A program made the position numbers and the translations under genes. Positions 9,539-19,971 of a stretch of DNA of 64,000 bases are shown here, in pieces. The notes under the pieces are model-generated. The model ran no database searches. It was not told the DNA's origin and was given only the letters and a program-made list of their open reading frames with translations. This stretch comes from Alphaproteobacteria bacterium (GTDB lineage Bacteria; Pseudomonadota; Alphaproteobacteria; GCA-2731375), in assembly GCA_965225945.1 (NCBI GenBank), contig CBDDBZ010000023.1:1-64000 (forward strand), read 5' to 3'. Positions within the stretch are counted from its first letter, which is position 1; each line of letters begins with the position of its first letter.

Positions 9539-10558
9539 CTAGACGCGTAGGCGCGGCAGGACGTCGTCCACCAAGCCTCGCATCAGCGCATCGGGCGTCG
9601 TCCAAGTGGCGTGATCGCGCCACCAGATCGCATCGAGGCCGAGCTCGACGAGCGCCCGCGTCCGCGCCGCGACCTCCGCGCCCGAGCCGAGCATGACCAT
9701 GGCCTCGACCGCTGCGTCGGAGACGAAGCTCGAGACCTGCTTCGCCGCTTCCCAATCGAGGGCGTGGCCGAGATCGGGATAGGGCTCGACGATACGCGGC
9801 GGCGCGCCCGGCGGCTCCAAGCCCGCGCGCTGAAAGAGTGTCGCGGCGTGAGCATGGCGATAGATACCCGCGGCGCAGGGTCGCATCAGATCGATGGCGC
9901 GCGCCTTGTCGGCGTCGATGCAGGCGGTAACGACGAGCATGCGCCGGACGTCCTCGCGCGCGCGGCCGGCCCGGGACATCCCGACCTCCACTTGTTCCAG
10001 CGCCCAGGCGACCGCCCCCGGCGCCGAGCCGACCATGATCAGCACGCCGTCGGCGATCTCGCCGGCGAGTTGCAGCATCTTCGGCCCGGTGGCGGCGAGG
10101 TAGACGGGAAGCCGGGGATGGGGCTCTTGCAGCTCGATCTCCAAGCCGCCGAGCTCGGTTCGCGCGCCTTCGAAGATCGAGCGCCAGAGCGCCGTCGCCT
10201 CCCGCATCTGGGCCCGGGTCGCGGCCTTGCGGCCGATGATGTAGGCCGAGCTGTAACCGGTGCCGGCGACCAGATCGGCCCGTCCGCCGGAGGCGTCGTC
10301 GAGCGAAAGAACCGCGCTCGCCGTGGTCACCGGGTGGCGGGTCAGCGGATTGGTGACGCCCGGCCCCAGCCTGAGCTTCGAGGTGCGAAGCGCCGCGCAG
10401 GTGAGATGCACCCAGACATCCCGCCAGCGCCCGGCGAGCAACGGCGTGTCCGGCGTCCACATGAAGTCGAATCCGGCCGCCTCCACCTCGGCCGCGTAGG
10501 CCCCGGTATCGCGTGGCGTGCCGACCGTGGGGACCCTGAGGCCGAATTGCGCGCTCAT
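9539..10558 (-). CDS. LLM class flavin-dependent oxidoreductase
   Basis: [34 protein letters not shown]. Confidence 0.88.
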   Translation of the reverse strand: MSAQFGLRVPTVGTPRDTGAYAAEVEAAGFDFMWTPDTPLLAGRWRDVWVHLTCAALRTSKLRLGPGVTNPLTRHPVTTASAVLSLDDASGGRADLVAGTGYSSAYIIGRKAATRAQMREATALWRSIFEGARTELGGLEIELQEPHPRLPVYLAATGPKMLQLAGEIADGVLIMVGSAPGAVAWALEQVEVGMSRAGRAREDVRRMLVVTACIDADKARAIDLMRPCAAGIYRHAHAATLFQRAGLEPPGAPPRIVEPYPDLGHALDWEAAKQVSSFVSDAAVEAMVMLGSGAEVAARTRALVELGLDAIWWRDHATWTTPDALMRGLVDDVLPRLRV

Positions 10559-10561
10559 GGC

Positions 10562-11332
10562 TCAGGCCTCCGAGATCGAGATTTCGATGCTGGCGTGCTC
10601 GCCGTAATGGGCGATAGCCCGTCCGTCGTGCGGCAGCGGGCGGAGGAGCGTGGCGCTGCCCGGAGTCACGTACTGGCCGGCCTTCAGGCCGATGCCGCGA
10701 TCCGAGAGCTCGTTGGCCAGCCAGGTGAGCACCTCCAGTGGCTCGGTGCGCCGCTCGATCGGGTTCTCCGGTTCCGGTTCGCCGCCGTCGATGCGGAGCT
10801 CGACCGGAATTTCCAACAGCGCCAGGCCGCGCCAGTCCTCGATTTCCGGCCCGACGACGAGGGCGGCGTTGGCCGCGTTGTCGGCGACGATGGACAGCCG
10901 CTCGTCCTCGGTATCCGGGATCAGCTTGCCGCCGGTGAAACGGCTGTCGACGATCTCCATGGTGAAGACCAAGTTCGCCGCCGCCGCCACCTCGTCGCTC
11001 TCGTAGGCCGCATCGCGTGGCGGCAGGTCGCGCAATAGACGAAAGCCGAGCTCGCATTCGACATGGGGGATCCGAAACAGGTGCCCCGGCAACGTCGCGC
11101 CGGCGAGGAAGAGGCGCGAGGAAAAGACGCGGCCCACCATCGGTCCGGGCTGGCCGGCGACCTTCCAGCCGACCACCGCCTGGCCCAGACGCTCGGCCGC
11201 CGCTCGCTGCATCGCCGCCGCCTCCGCCAGGTCCCGGGGCATCAAAGCCTCGGAAAGCGCCTCGATCGACGTGCCGTCCCGCCATGCGCACGCCAGCTTT
11301 TCGGCGACCTCGGCGATCCTGTCCTCGCGCAT
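10562..11332 (-). CDS. 2-keto-4-pentenoate hydratase/FAH family protein
   Basis: GWKV, VECELGF, EIVDSR, ADNA, WLAN, GLKAGQYVTPGS. Confidence 0.85.
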   Translation of the reverse strand: MREDRIAEVAEKLACAWRDGTSIEALSEALMPRDLAEAAAMQRAAAERLGQAVVGWKVAGQPGPMVGRVFSSRLFLAGATLPGHLFRIPHVECELGFRLLRDLPPRDAAYESDEVAAAANLVFTMEIVDSRFTGGKLIPDTEDERLSIVADNAANAALVVGPEIEDWRGLALLEIPVELRIDGGEPEPENPIERRTEPLEVLTWLANELSDRGIGLKAGQYVTPGSATLLRPLPHDGRAIAHYGEHASIEISISEA

Positions 11333-11462
11333 CGTCTCGCCTCCCCTCCGGTTGCTCCGAACAGTCTAGAGTCGCATTCCGGCGAGCGCCACCGAGCTTG
11401 ACGGCGTGATCCCGGCATGCGAGCGCTTGCGGCGAGTATGCGAACCACCAGGGGAGGGGGTG

Positions 11463-12164
11463 ATGATCGACTTCTACTATGCACCGACGCCGAACGGTTG
11501 GAAGGTGGCGATCATGCTGGAGGAGTGCGGCCTCGCCTACGACCTGAAGCCGGTGCGCTTGGCCGAGGGCGATCAGTTCAAGCCCGAGTTCCTGGCGATC
11601 AGCCCCAACGCCAAGATGCCGGCGATCGTCGACCACGAGGTCGCGGGCGCTTCCGTCCCGGTTTTCGAATCCGGCGCGATCCTGTTCTATCTGGCCGAGA
11701 AGACCGGCCGCTTCATGGCGAGCGATCCACTGGGCCGCAAGGAGACGCTCGAGTGGCTCTTCTGGCAGGTCGCCAACCAGGGCCCGATGGCGGGCCAGCT
11801 CAGCCACTTCGTCAACTACGCGCCCGAGGGCCAGGACTACGCCCGCAAGCGCTACGGCGGCGAATACGACCGCAACCTCGCTGTGCTGGAGCGCCGCCTG
11901 GCCGAGCGCGACTATATCCTCGGTCCCTATTCGATCGCCGACATGATCGCCTTTCCCTGGGTGTTGATCGCCCGCCCGCTCACCGCCTCGCTCGACGCCT
12001 ATCCCCGCGTCGCCGGCTGGCGGAGCCGGATCAAGGAGCGCCCGGCTGTGCGCCGCGCCGTCGATCTGCTGAAGGACCGGCGGAATCGGGGCGAGGCCAC
12101 GGCCCAGAACAACGACATCCTGTTCAACCAGACCGGTGCCCACCTGCTCTCGGTCGAAGGGTAG
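11463..12164 (+). CDS. Glutathione S-transferase (YfcG-like)
   Basis: PTPNGWK, SPNAKMPAI, FESGAIL, WLFWQ..GP. Confidence 0.92.
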   Translation: MIDFYYAPTPNGWKVAIMLEECGLAYDLKPVRLAEGDQFKPEFLAISPNAKMPAIVDHEVAGASVPVFESGAILFYLAEKTGRFMASDPLGRKETLEWLFWQVANQGPMAGQLSHFVNYAPEGQDYARKRYGGEYDRNLAVLERRLAERDYILGPYSIADMIAFPWVLIARPLTASLDAYPRVAGWRSRIKERPAVRRAVDLLKDRRNRGEATAQNNDILFNQTGAHLLSVEG

Positions 12165-12283
12165 GCCGTGCGCGCGCAATGACGCCTTTCGCGACGTCCG
12201 AGGAATGTTTGGCGATTCAGTCAGGCCGGACGTTGCTCCAGGCGCGATGTTCCGGGCCGCCGGCCTCTGCTAAGCTTTCGGCC

Positions 12284-13426
12284 ATGACCGTCAATCCCGA
12301 CACCTCGCTCTTGGCGGACCGGCCGCCCGGGCGGGTCGGGATGAGGCTGGAGGAGATCGAGACTCCGGCCCTGCTGATCGATCTGCCCACGCTCGAGGCC
12401 AACATCGCGCGGATGCACGATTTCTTCCGCAACCGCGCCACCCGGGTCCGGAGCGTCACCAAGGGCCACAAGTCGCCCGACATCGCGCGGATGCAGATGG
12501 CGGCGGACGGCGCCGTCCCCGGCGGCATCTGCTGCTCCAAGGTGAGCGAGGCGGAGGTCATGGTAGACGCCGGCGCAACCGAGGTCAGGATGATCGAACA
12601 GGTGGTCGGCGCCGGCAAGATCGCCCGGATGCTGGATCTGACGGAGCGCGCGAGGGTAATCGCCGTCGTCGACGATGGCGCCCATCTCGACATGCTGGAC
12701 GCCGCCAGCGAGGCGCGCGGGCTCCGCCTCGACGTCATGGTGGAGGTCGAGATCGGTCTCGCCCGCTGTGGCGTTCAGCCGGGGGAGGCCGCCCTGGCGC
12801 TGGCCCGCGACGCGGCTGGCCGGCGTCACCTCAGATTTTGCGGCCTGCACGCGCACGAGGGGGCGATCATGATCGCCGACGCGGAAGCGCGCGCGGCGAC
12901 GGCGCGACCGCGCCTCCAGCGCCTCCTCGACTGCCGCGCCGACCTGGAGGCGGCCGGCCTGGAGATCGAAATCTGCGGCGCCGGCGCCACCACGACCTGG
13001 AACATCGCCGGCCAGATGGACGGGATCACCGAGATCGACCCCGGCGGCTATGCCTTGATGGACGCCCGCTTGGCCGAGGTGATGGCGGATTCTGGCTTCG
13101 GCTGCGCGCTTTCCGTTCTCGCCAGCGTGATCAGCCGGCCGGTGCCCGACCGCGCCGTGCTCGACGTCGGCCACAAGGCGGTCGGGCTGGCCGGCGACGG
13201 CGGCTGGCCGGCGGTCGCGGGTCTCCCCGGCGCCCGGGTCGACCGGCTCAATTCCGAGCACGGGATCCTCGAACTCGGCGACGACGGCCTCGCCATCGGC
13301 GATCGGGTGCGGTTGATCCCGCGCTATCACGGCAGCACGATCGTGGCGCACGCGCATTACCTCGCGGTGCGCGACGGCGTCGTCGAGGCGATCTGGCCGA
13401 TCGCCGCCCGGGGCGCTCATGTCTGA
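12284..13426 (+). CDS. DSD1/D-threonine aldolase family PLP enzyme
   Basis: TPAL.ID, KGHKS, KVSEAE, RCGV, TE..PG.Y..MD, DVGHK, NSEHG. Confidence 0.85.
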   Translation: MTVNPDTSLLADRPPGRVGMRLEEIETPALLIDLPTLEANIARMHDFFRNRATRVRSVTKGHKSPDIARMQMAADGAVPGGICCSKVSEAEVMVDAGATEVRMIEQVVGAGKIARMLDLTERARVIAVVDDGAHLDMLDAASEARGLRLDVMVEVEIGLARCGVQPGEAALALARDAAGRRHLRFCGLHAHEGAIMIADAEARAATARPRLQRLLDCRADLEAAGLEIEICGAGATTTWNIAGQMDGITEIDPGGYALMDARLAEVMADSGFGCALSVLASVISRPVPDRAVLDVGHKAVGLAGDGGWPAVAGLPGARVDRLNSEHGILELGDDGLAIGDRVRLIPRYHGSTIVAHAHYLAVRDGVVEAIWPIAARGAHV

Positions 13427-15164
13427 GGACGCGGCTCTCGACCTGACGCATTTGGAGATCATCCGCAACGCGCTCGAGGGGCTAGCGGATCAGATGGCGA
13501 TCACCATCTATCGCACCGCGCGCTCGCCCGGCATCCGGCTCGGTTGGGATTTTTCCACCGCCGTGCTGAGCGCCGAGGGCGAGCTGATCGGCCAGGGCAT
13601 GTGCCATCCGATTCATTTGGGCGGCATGATGCCGGCGCTCGCCGGCTGCCTGGCCTATTTCGGTGAGCGGATCGCGCCCGGCGACGTGCTGATCACCAAC
13701 GATCCCTACGAGGGCGCGCAACACCTCCCCGACATTTACCTTTTCAAGCCGGTTTATCTGGAGCGACGGTTGCTGGGGTATTTGGGGGCGGTCGGCCATC
13801 ACGCCGACATCGGCGGGCGGGTGCCGGGCGGCCAGGGCTACGACAATACCGAGATTTATCAGGAGGGGCTCAGGATCCCACCGCTGAAGCTGATCGAGGC
13901 GGGACGGCCGAACGAGACGCTCCAGCGCTTGATCGAGAAGGCGGTCCGCACGCCGGACCAGGTGCTGGGCGACCTCCACGCCCAGCTCGCGGCGCTGCGT
14001 CTGGGCGAGGACCGGTTGCGTCGTCTGGTGGAACGGCTGGGCATCGCGGATTACCATCGCCTGTCGCGGGCGCTGGTCGACTACACCGAGCGCTTGACCC
14101 GCCAAGCGATCGCCGCCCTGCCGGACGGTCAATGGTCCTTTACCGATATCGTCGACGACGACGGCCTGAGCGAGGAGGCGATTGTGATCGTCGCCACCCT
14201 CGCCAAGCGGGGAGACGAGATCAGCGTCGACTTCGCCGGCAGCTCGGAGCAGACGGCGGGCTCGATCAGCGGCCTCATGCACATGAACGCGAGTTTCGTC
14301 CACATGGCGCTGCGCTCGCTGCTGGGCGCGGACCTGCCCAGCACCGCCGGCTTCTTCCGGCCGATCACCGTCACCGCGCCGGAAGGCAGTTTCGTCAATC
14401 CCCGGGCCCCGGCCGCGGTCGGCGCCCGACAGGTGGGCGGGCGGCGGATCAACCACGCGGTCTGGGGCGCCCTGGCGCAAATGGCGCCGGAGCGCGTCTT
14501 CGCCTGTCCGGGCGGGGCGGATGCCAGCGTCACCATCTCCGGCATCGACAGCTCCCGAGCGGCCCGGCGGAGCTGGGTGTTGACCGAGGGCTTCAACGAA
14601 ATCGCCTGCGGCGGCAGGCCCGATAGGGACGGCATGGAGGGCCAGGGCTCCAACGTCACCAATCAGGCCAATACGCCGGTGGAAATTCTGGAGCTGGAAT
14701 ATCCCGTCAGGATCGAGGATTACGGCTTCGTTCCCGACAGCGAGGGCGCGGGCGCGCACCGGGGCGGCGTGGCGATGCGTCGGCGCTATCGCTTCCTCGC
14801 CGACGGTATCCAGGTGCGGACCCGCTCCGACCGCGCCAAGGTGCCGCCCTGGGGAATCGAGGGCGGCGAGGCGGCCGCGCCCCCGCTCGTCCGCTACAGC
14901 GATCGAGCCGGCGAACGGCGGCTTCCAGGCAAGTCCGTCGTCGTGACCGAACAGGGTGCGGTTCTGGATACGCAATGGTGCGGTGGGGGCGGTTATGGCG
15001 ATCCGCGCGCCCGCGATTGCGAAGCGGTGTTGGCCGACGTCGTCGCCGGCAAGATCACGGCCGAACGCGCGGCCGATACCTATGGCGTCGTGCTCGACCC
15101 GGGTGGGCGGGCGATCGACCAGGGTGCGACCCGTCTTCGCCGTGGCTTGGAGGCGGGGCGATGA
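13419..15164 (+). CDS. Hydantoinase B/oxoprolinase family protein
   Basis: DFSTA, NDPY.G..HLPD, HHADIGG..PG, EIYQEG, NTPVE, GGGGYGDP. Confidence 0.93.
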   Translation: MSEDAALDLTHLEIIRNALEGLADQMAITIYRTARSPGIRLGWDFSTAVLSAEGELIGQGMCHPIHLGGMMPALAGCLAYFGERIAPGDVLITNDPYEGAQHLPDIYLFKPVYLERRLLGYLGAVGHHADIGGRVPGGQGYDNTEIYQEGLRIPPLKLIEAGRPNETLQRLIEKAVRTPDQVLGDLHAQLAALRLGEDRLRRLVERLGIADYHRLSRALVDYTERLTRQAIAALPDGQWSFTDIVDDDGLSEEAIVIVATLAKRGDEISVDFAGSSEQTAGSISGLMHMNASFVHMALRSLLGADLPSTAGFFRPITVTAPEGSFVNPRAPAAVGARQVGGRRINHAVWGALAQMAPERVFACPGGADASVTISGIDSSRAARRSWVLTEGFNEIACGGRPDRDGMEGQGSNVTNQANTPVEILELEYPVRIEDYGFVPDSEGAGAHRGGVAMRRRYRFLADGIQVRTRSDRAKVPPWGIEGGEAAAPPLVRYSDRAGERRLPGKSVVVTEQGAVLDTQWCGGGGYGDPRARDCEAVLADVVAGKITAERAADTYGVVLDPGGRAIDQGATRLRRGLEAGR

Positions 15165-16921
15165 GCGCCATGAGCGATCCGACCCTGCTCGACGTCATCA
15201 ACAACGCGCTCGCCGGCATTTCCGACGCGATGGCGAACACGGTGGTACGTACCTCGCGCTCCTCCGTGGTGCGGCTCGGCTACGACTTCTCGACCGCGCT
15301 GCTCAGCCCCGAGGGCGAGCTCGTCGGCCAAGGCCTTTGCCAGCCGATCCACATGGGCGGCATGCCGCCGGCGCTCCGCGCCTGTCTCGACACTTTCGAG
15401 GGGCGGATCGCGCCGGGCGACGTGCTGATCAACAACGATCCCTACGAGGGTGGCAGCCACCTGCCGGACATCTTCCTGTTCAAGCCGATATACGCCGGCG
15501 ACCGCCTGGTCGCCCATGGCTGCGCCATGAGCCATCACGTCGACATCGGCGGCCGAGTGGCGGGCGGCAACGCGTCCGATTCGACCGAGATCCAGCAGGA
15601 AGGTCTCCGGATTCCACCGCTGAAGCTCTATGAAGCCGGCCGGCCGAACGAGACGCTCTTTCGGGTGCTGGAGAAGGCGGTGCGCGTCCCGGAGAAGGTG
15701 CTGGGCGACCTCGCCGGCCAGCTGGCGGCGCTCCGCCTCGCCGAGCGGGAGACGCTGCGCCTCGTGGATCGTTATGGCGCCGAGGGCCTGATCCAACTGC
15801 AGCACGATCTCCTGAACTATACCGAGAGCGTGGCGCGCAAGGGTCTCGCCGCGCTGCCCGACGGGACCTGGTGCTTCACCGATTACATCGATGACGACGG
15901 CTTCCAGAGCGAGGCCATCGCCATCACCGTCAGGCTCGCGAAACAGGGCGACGAAATCGAGGCCGACTTCGAAGGCACCTCGCCGCAGGTGGCGGGCGCC
16001 ATCAACACACCGCTCGATTCCACCAAATCCATGGTCTACGCCGTGGTCCGCAGCGTGCTCGGCGGCGATATCCCGAACACCGGCGGCTACTTCCGTCCGG
16101 TGAGCGTGAAGGCGCCGGAAGGAAGCTTCGTCAATCCGCTGCCGCCCGCCGCCGTCGCCGCCCGCTTTCTCGGCTGCCTTCGGGTGAGCCAGGCGGTCTT
16201 CGGCGCCTTCGCCCAAATGCTGCCGGAGCGCGTGCCGGCCTGTTCCGGCGGCTCGGACGCCAACGTCACCATGGCCGGCTACCACCGGGCGGGCGACGGT
16301 GGCCGGCGGGCCTGGATCCAGGTGGAGGGTGTGAACGAGGTGGCGGCCGGCGGCTCGGCGCTGCGCGACGGGCTCGACGCGCAGAGCAGCGCCGTCTCCA
16401 ACATCACCAACATCCCGGCCGAGTTGATCGAGACCGACCACCCGATCCGGATCGACGAATACGCGCTGCTGCCGGATACCGAGGGCGCGGGTGCGCACCG
16501 GGGCGGTCTCGGCATGGTGCGCCAGTATCGGTTCCTCGCCGATGACACCATGGTCCAGTTCCGCGCCGACCGGATGCGCCACCCGCCCCATGGGCTCGCC
16601 GGTGGCGGGGCCGCCCGAGGGACCCGGATCCGCTATCGGGACGGCCTGACGGGTGAGGAACGCGACATGCCCTCCAAGTTCATCACCCGGGCGGCGGCCG
16701 AGGATTCCGTTCGCCTGGAGATGCCCGGCGGCGGCGGCTGGGGCGATCCGCTGGCCCGGGTGCCGGGGGCGGTGCTGGCCGACGTCGTCGCCGAGAAGGT
16801 GACGCCGGCCCGGGCCCGCGCGGTCTACGGCGTCGTGCTCGATGCCGGGCGGCGCGTCGTCGACGAGGCGGCGACGGCGGCGGAGCGCGCGGCCCGGGCT
16901 GATCGAAGCGCCGCCGAGTGA
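15161..16921 (+). CDS. Hydantoinase B/oxoprolinase family protein (second paralog)
   Basis: NDPYEGGSHLPD, HHVDIGG, QEGLRIPP, GGGGWGDP; ATGA coupling to the upstream gene. Confidence 0.93.
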   Translation: MSAMSDPTLLDVINNALAGISDAMANTVVRTSRSSVVRLGYDFSTALLSPEGELVGQGLCQPIHMGGMPPALRACLDTFEGRIAPGDVLINNDPYEGGSHLPDIFLFKPIYAGDRLVAHGCAMSHHVDIGGRVAGGNASDSTEIQQEGLRIPPLKLYEAGRPNETLFRVLEKAVRVPEKVLGDLAGQLAALRLAERETLRLVDRYGAEGLIQLQHDLLNYTESVARKGLAALPDGTWCFTDYIDDDGFQSEAIAITVRLAKQGDEIEADFEGTSPQVAGAINTPLDSTKSMVYAVVRSVLGGDIPNTGGYFRPVSVKAPEGSFVNPLPPAAVAARFLGCLRVSQAVFGAFAQMLPERVPACSGGSDANVTMAGYHRAGDGGRRAWIQVEGVNEVAAGGSALRDGLDAQSSAVSNITNIPAELIETDHPIRIDEYALLPDTEGAGAHRGGLGMVRQYRFLADDTMVQFRADRMRHPPHGLAGGGAARGTRIRYRDGLTGEERDMPSKFITRAAAEDSVRLEMPGGGGWGDPLARVPGAVLADVVAEKVTPARARAVYGVVLDAGRRVVDEAATAAERAARADRSAAE

Positions 16922-16960
16922 TGGCGATGGGTAAATGGTTCTTTGTCGCCACGCTATCGC

Positions 16961-17083
16961 GTGGCATGGCCCGGCCGCCCCGCTCCCCCGCCCAACCACC
17001 CGAGCGGGCCGGCCGGGCCACGCCACTCTCGCCGGGGCCTCACGCTCCTGGGTGGTTGGGCGGGGGAGCGGGAGGCCCCGGCG
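16961..17083. repeat. Composite palindromic element (two hairpins with complementary loops; REP/BIME-like)
   Basis: Stem 16961-16985/17002-17026 (23/25 bp); stem 17030-17047/17066-17083 (17/18 bp); perfect 23-bp inverted repeat 16979-17001/17050-17072. Confidence 0.8.
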
Positions 17084-17132
17084 GGCCGCGTGAGCGGCCA
17101 TCAACAAAAGAAGCCGCGCGGGAGCGCGGTCC

Positions 17133-19226
17133 ATGAGCGGCGAACGCCTGGCCGTCGACGTCGGCGGCACCTTTACCGACATCGTGCTGCTGCGCGAAGA
17201 CGGCGCCATCTTCACGAGGAAGGTGCTCTCCTCGCCGCCGGACTTCAACCGAGCGATCCGCGACGGCGTCGGCGCGCTGCTGGACGAGCGCGCCCTTGCC
17301 GCCGCCGGCATCGCGGAGTTCAGCCACGCCGCCACGGTGGCGACCAACGCCATCATCACCCGAAGCGGCGCCGCCACCGGCCTGATCACCACCCAGGGAT
17401 TTCGCGACGTCCTGGAGATCCGGCGGATGCGGATGCACCGCCTCTACGACATCAACTGGGAGAAGCCGCCGCCCCTGGTACCGCGCCACCTGAGACTGGA
17501 GGTGGCGGGCCGGCTGGATCCGGCGGGCCGCGAGGTCACGCCGCTCGACGAGGCGGCGGTGGCCCGCGCGGTGGCGCGCCTGAAGGCCGAAGGGGTGGAA
17601 GCCGTCGCCGTCTGTTTCCTGCATGCCTACGCCAACGACGCGCACGAACGGCGAGCGGCGGAGATCATCGCGGAGCTGGCGCCTGAATGGTGGGTCTCGA
17701 TCTCCTCCGAGGTGCTGCCCGAGATCAAGGAGTACGAGCGCACCTCCTCGACCGTCATCAATGCCTATGTGCAGCCCGTCGTCGGCCGCTACGCACGCGA
17801 GATGGGCGAGGAAATGGCGGCGCTCGGCATCGTCGCGCCGATCATGGTGATGCAGTCGAACGGCGGCATGATGCCGCTCGCCGCGGCCCGGGCGCTGCCG
17901 ATGCACATCATCGAATCCGGTCCCGCCGCCGGCGTCACCGGGGCTTATCACCTGGCCCGTCGGCTCGGACTCCCCAACGTCATGACGCTCGACATGGGTG
18001 GCACCACGGCCAAGGCGGCGCTGATCGAGGAGGGGGAGATCTGTCGTTCGCCGGAATACGAGGTGGGCGGCGAGGTCTCGATCGGCCACCGCCTGATGAA
18101 GGGCAGCGGTTATCTCCTGCGCGTGCCGTCGATCGATCTGGCGGAAGTCGGCGCCGGGGGCGGCTCGATCGCCCGGATCGATTTCGGTGGCGCGCTCAAG
18201 GTCGGACCGGAAAGCGCCGGCGCGGTCCCGGGTCCGGCCTGCTACGACGCCGGCGGCATGGCGCCGACGATCACCGACGCCAACGTGGTCCTGGGCCTGA
18301 CCAATCCCGAAGCCCTGGCGGGCGGCAGTCTGCGCATCCGACCGGGGCTGGCCGAGGCGGCGATCGCCGATCATCTGGCCGGCCCGCTCGGGCTCGAGCT
18401 GGAAGCGGCGGCCTGGGCGGTGCGCAACGTTGCCAATTCCGGGCTGATCCGCGCGCTTCGCGCGGTCTCGACCGAGCGCGGGCACGATCCCCGCGACTTC
18501 ACGCTCTTCGCCTTCGGCGGCATGGGACCGGTGCACGCGCTCGACGTCGCCGACGAGCTGGCGATCGAGAGGGTGATCATTCCGCTGGTACCCGGACTAT
18601 TCAGCGCCCTCGGCCTGCTGTTCGCCGACGTCGAGCATCACCTGATCCGGACCCACTACGCCGACACCATCGATATCGACCTCGCCGCCGCCAACGCGGT
18701 CATCGACAAGCTCGCGCGGGAGGCGGAGGCGGCACTCGCCTCGGAAGGCTATTGCGCGGACCAGCGAGAGCTCCTGGTCAGTCTCGATGCCCGCTACAAG
18801 GGCCAGGATTCGGCCATCCCGATCGATCTTCCCTCGCCCACCCTCGACGCCGCAGCCATCGACGCCTTGATCCGGAACTTCCACGGGGCGCACGAGCAGA
18901 CTTATGGCTATCGCTCGGACGAGGAGGTGCAGATCGTCGCCGTCCGCTGCATCGGCCGGGGCCTGGCGGGGCGCCCGCGGGTGCCGGAGCGGCTGATTCC
19001 CGAGGCGGTCGGCGAGGTTCGGGCGGCCGGCCCTCGACGCTGCTACCTCGGACCCGGCCACGGCTGGGTGGAGGCGGAGGTGCGGGACCGCGCCGAGCTC
19101 GGCGACGAGACGCTGACGGGTCCCGCGCTGATCGAGGAGGACAACTCGCTCACCGTCGTCACCCCCGGCTGGCGGGCCCGCCTCGATCCCTGGTCGAATA
19201 TCCTTCTGGAGCGGGTCGCCAGCTAA
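17133..19226 (+). CDS. Hydantoinase A/oxoprolinase family protein
   Basis: VDVGGTFTD, EYERTS, ESGPAAG, DMGGTT, GAGGGSIA, GPESAGAVPGPACY. Confidence 0.95.
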   Translation: MSGERLAVDVGGTFTDIVLLREDGAIFTRKVLSSPPDFNRAIRDGVGALLDERALAAAGIAEFSHAATVATNAIITRSGAATGLITTQGFRDVLEIRRMRMHRLYDINWEKPPPLVPRHLRLEVAGRLDPAGREVTPLDEAAVARAVARLKAEGVEAVAVCFLHAYANDAHERRAAEIIAELAPEWWVSISSEVLPEIKEYERTSSTVINAYVQPVVGRYAREMGEEMAALGIVAPIMVMQSNGGMMPLAAARALPMHIIESGPAAGVTGAYHLARRLGLPNVMTLDMGGTTAKAALIEEGEICRSPEYEVGGEVSIGHRLMKGSGYLLRVPSIDLAEVGAGGGSIARIDFGGALKVGPESAGAVPGPACYDAGGMAPTITDANVVLGLTNPEALAGGSLRIRPGLAEAAIADHLAGPLGLELEAAAWAVRNVANSGLIRALRAVSTERGHDPRDFTLFAFGGMGPVHALDVADELAIERVIIPLVPGLFSALGLLFADVEHHLIRTHYADTIDIDLAAANAVIDKLAREAEAALASEGYCADQRELLVSLDARYKGQDSAIPIDLPSPTLDAAAIDALIRNFHGAHEQTYGYRSDEEVQIVAVRCIGRGLAGRPRVPERLIPEAVGEVRAAGPRRCYLGPGHGWVEAEVRDRAELGDETLTGPALIEEDNSLTVVTPGWRARLDPWSNILLERVAS

Positions 19227-19389
19227 CACCAACCGCCATGAACGGCAACTCCCCGCGTCGTCCCGCTCGCCCTTCCAACAACCCGGAAATGGTACCCTCG
19301 TGGGTGGTTAGAGCATGATCCGATCACCAACCCTTGTCGATGCCGGATGGCCGCGCTACGACTCCGGGATCGAGGGAGCGCGTGGCCCA

Positions 19390-19959
19390 ATGATGATACG
19401 CGGAGCGATGATCGCCCTCGTCGCCCTGACTTTGACCGCCGGCGCGGCGCGGGCACAGGACAGCGACGGCGACAGGGTCCGCCGGGACGTGACGATTCTG
19501 GAGGCGATCGAGCAGGGCGACGTCAAGACGCTCCGCACGCGGATCCTCAATCACGCCAACGTCAACAGCCGCGACAAGCAACGGCGCTCCGGGCTGATCC
19601 TCGCCACCATTCGCGAGGACGCGGAGATCGTCGAAATCCTGCTGGCGGAAGGGGCGGCGGTCGACCTGATCGACAAGCTCGGCAACACCGCGCTCCACCA
19701 CGCCTCGAAACGCGGGCTAGAGGAGATCGCGACAGCCCTGCTGGCGGCGGGCGCGAACGGCGACGTCGAGAACCGGGACGGCGAGACACCGTTGATGCGG
19801 GCCGTCGACCAAGGCCACATGGGTATCGTCCGCCAACTGATCGGCGCTGGCGTCGATCTCGCCCTCACCGACTATACCGGCCGCACGGCGCTGGATTACG
19901 CCGTCGAGAGACGCCGCAACGCCATCGCCGCCGCGCTCCGCCGGGCCGGCGCTCGCTGA
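19390..19959 (+). CDS. Exported ankyrin-repeat protein
   Basis: Signal peptide; GNTALHHA, GETPLMRA, GRTALDYA repeats. Confidence 0.9.
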   Translation: MMIRGAMIALVALTLTAGAARAQDSDGDRVRRDVTILEAIEQGDVKTLRTRILNHANVNSRDKQRRSGLILATIREDAEIVEILLAEGAAVDLIDKLGNTALHHASKRGLEEIATALLAAGANGDVENRDGETPLMRAVDQGHMGIVRQLIGAGVDLALTDYTGRTALDYAVERRRNAIAAALRRAGAR

Positions 19960-19971
19960 AGCATTGTCCGC

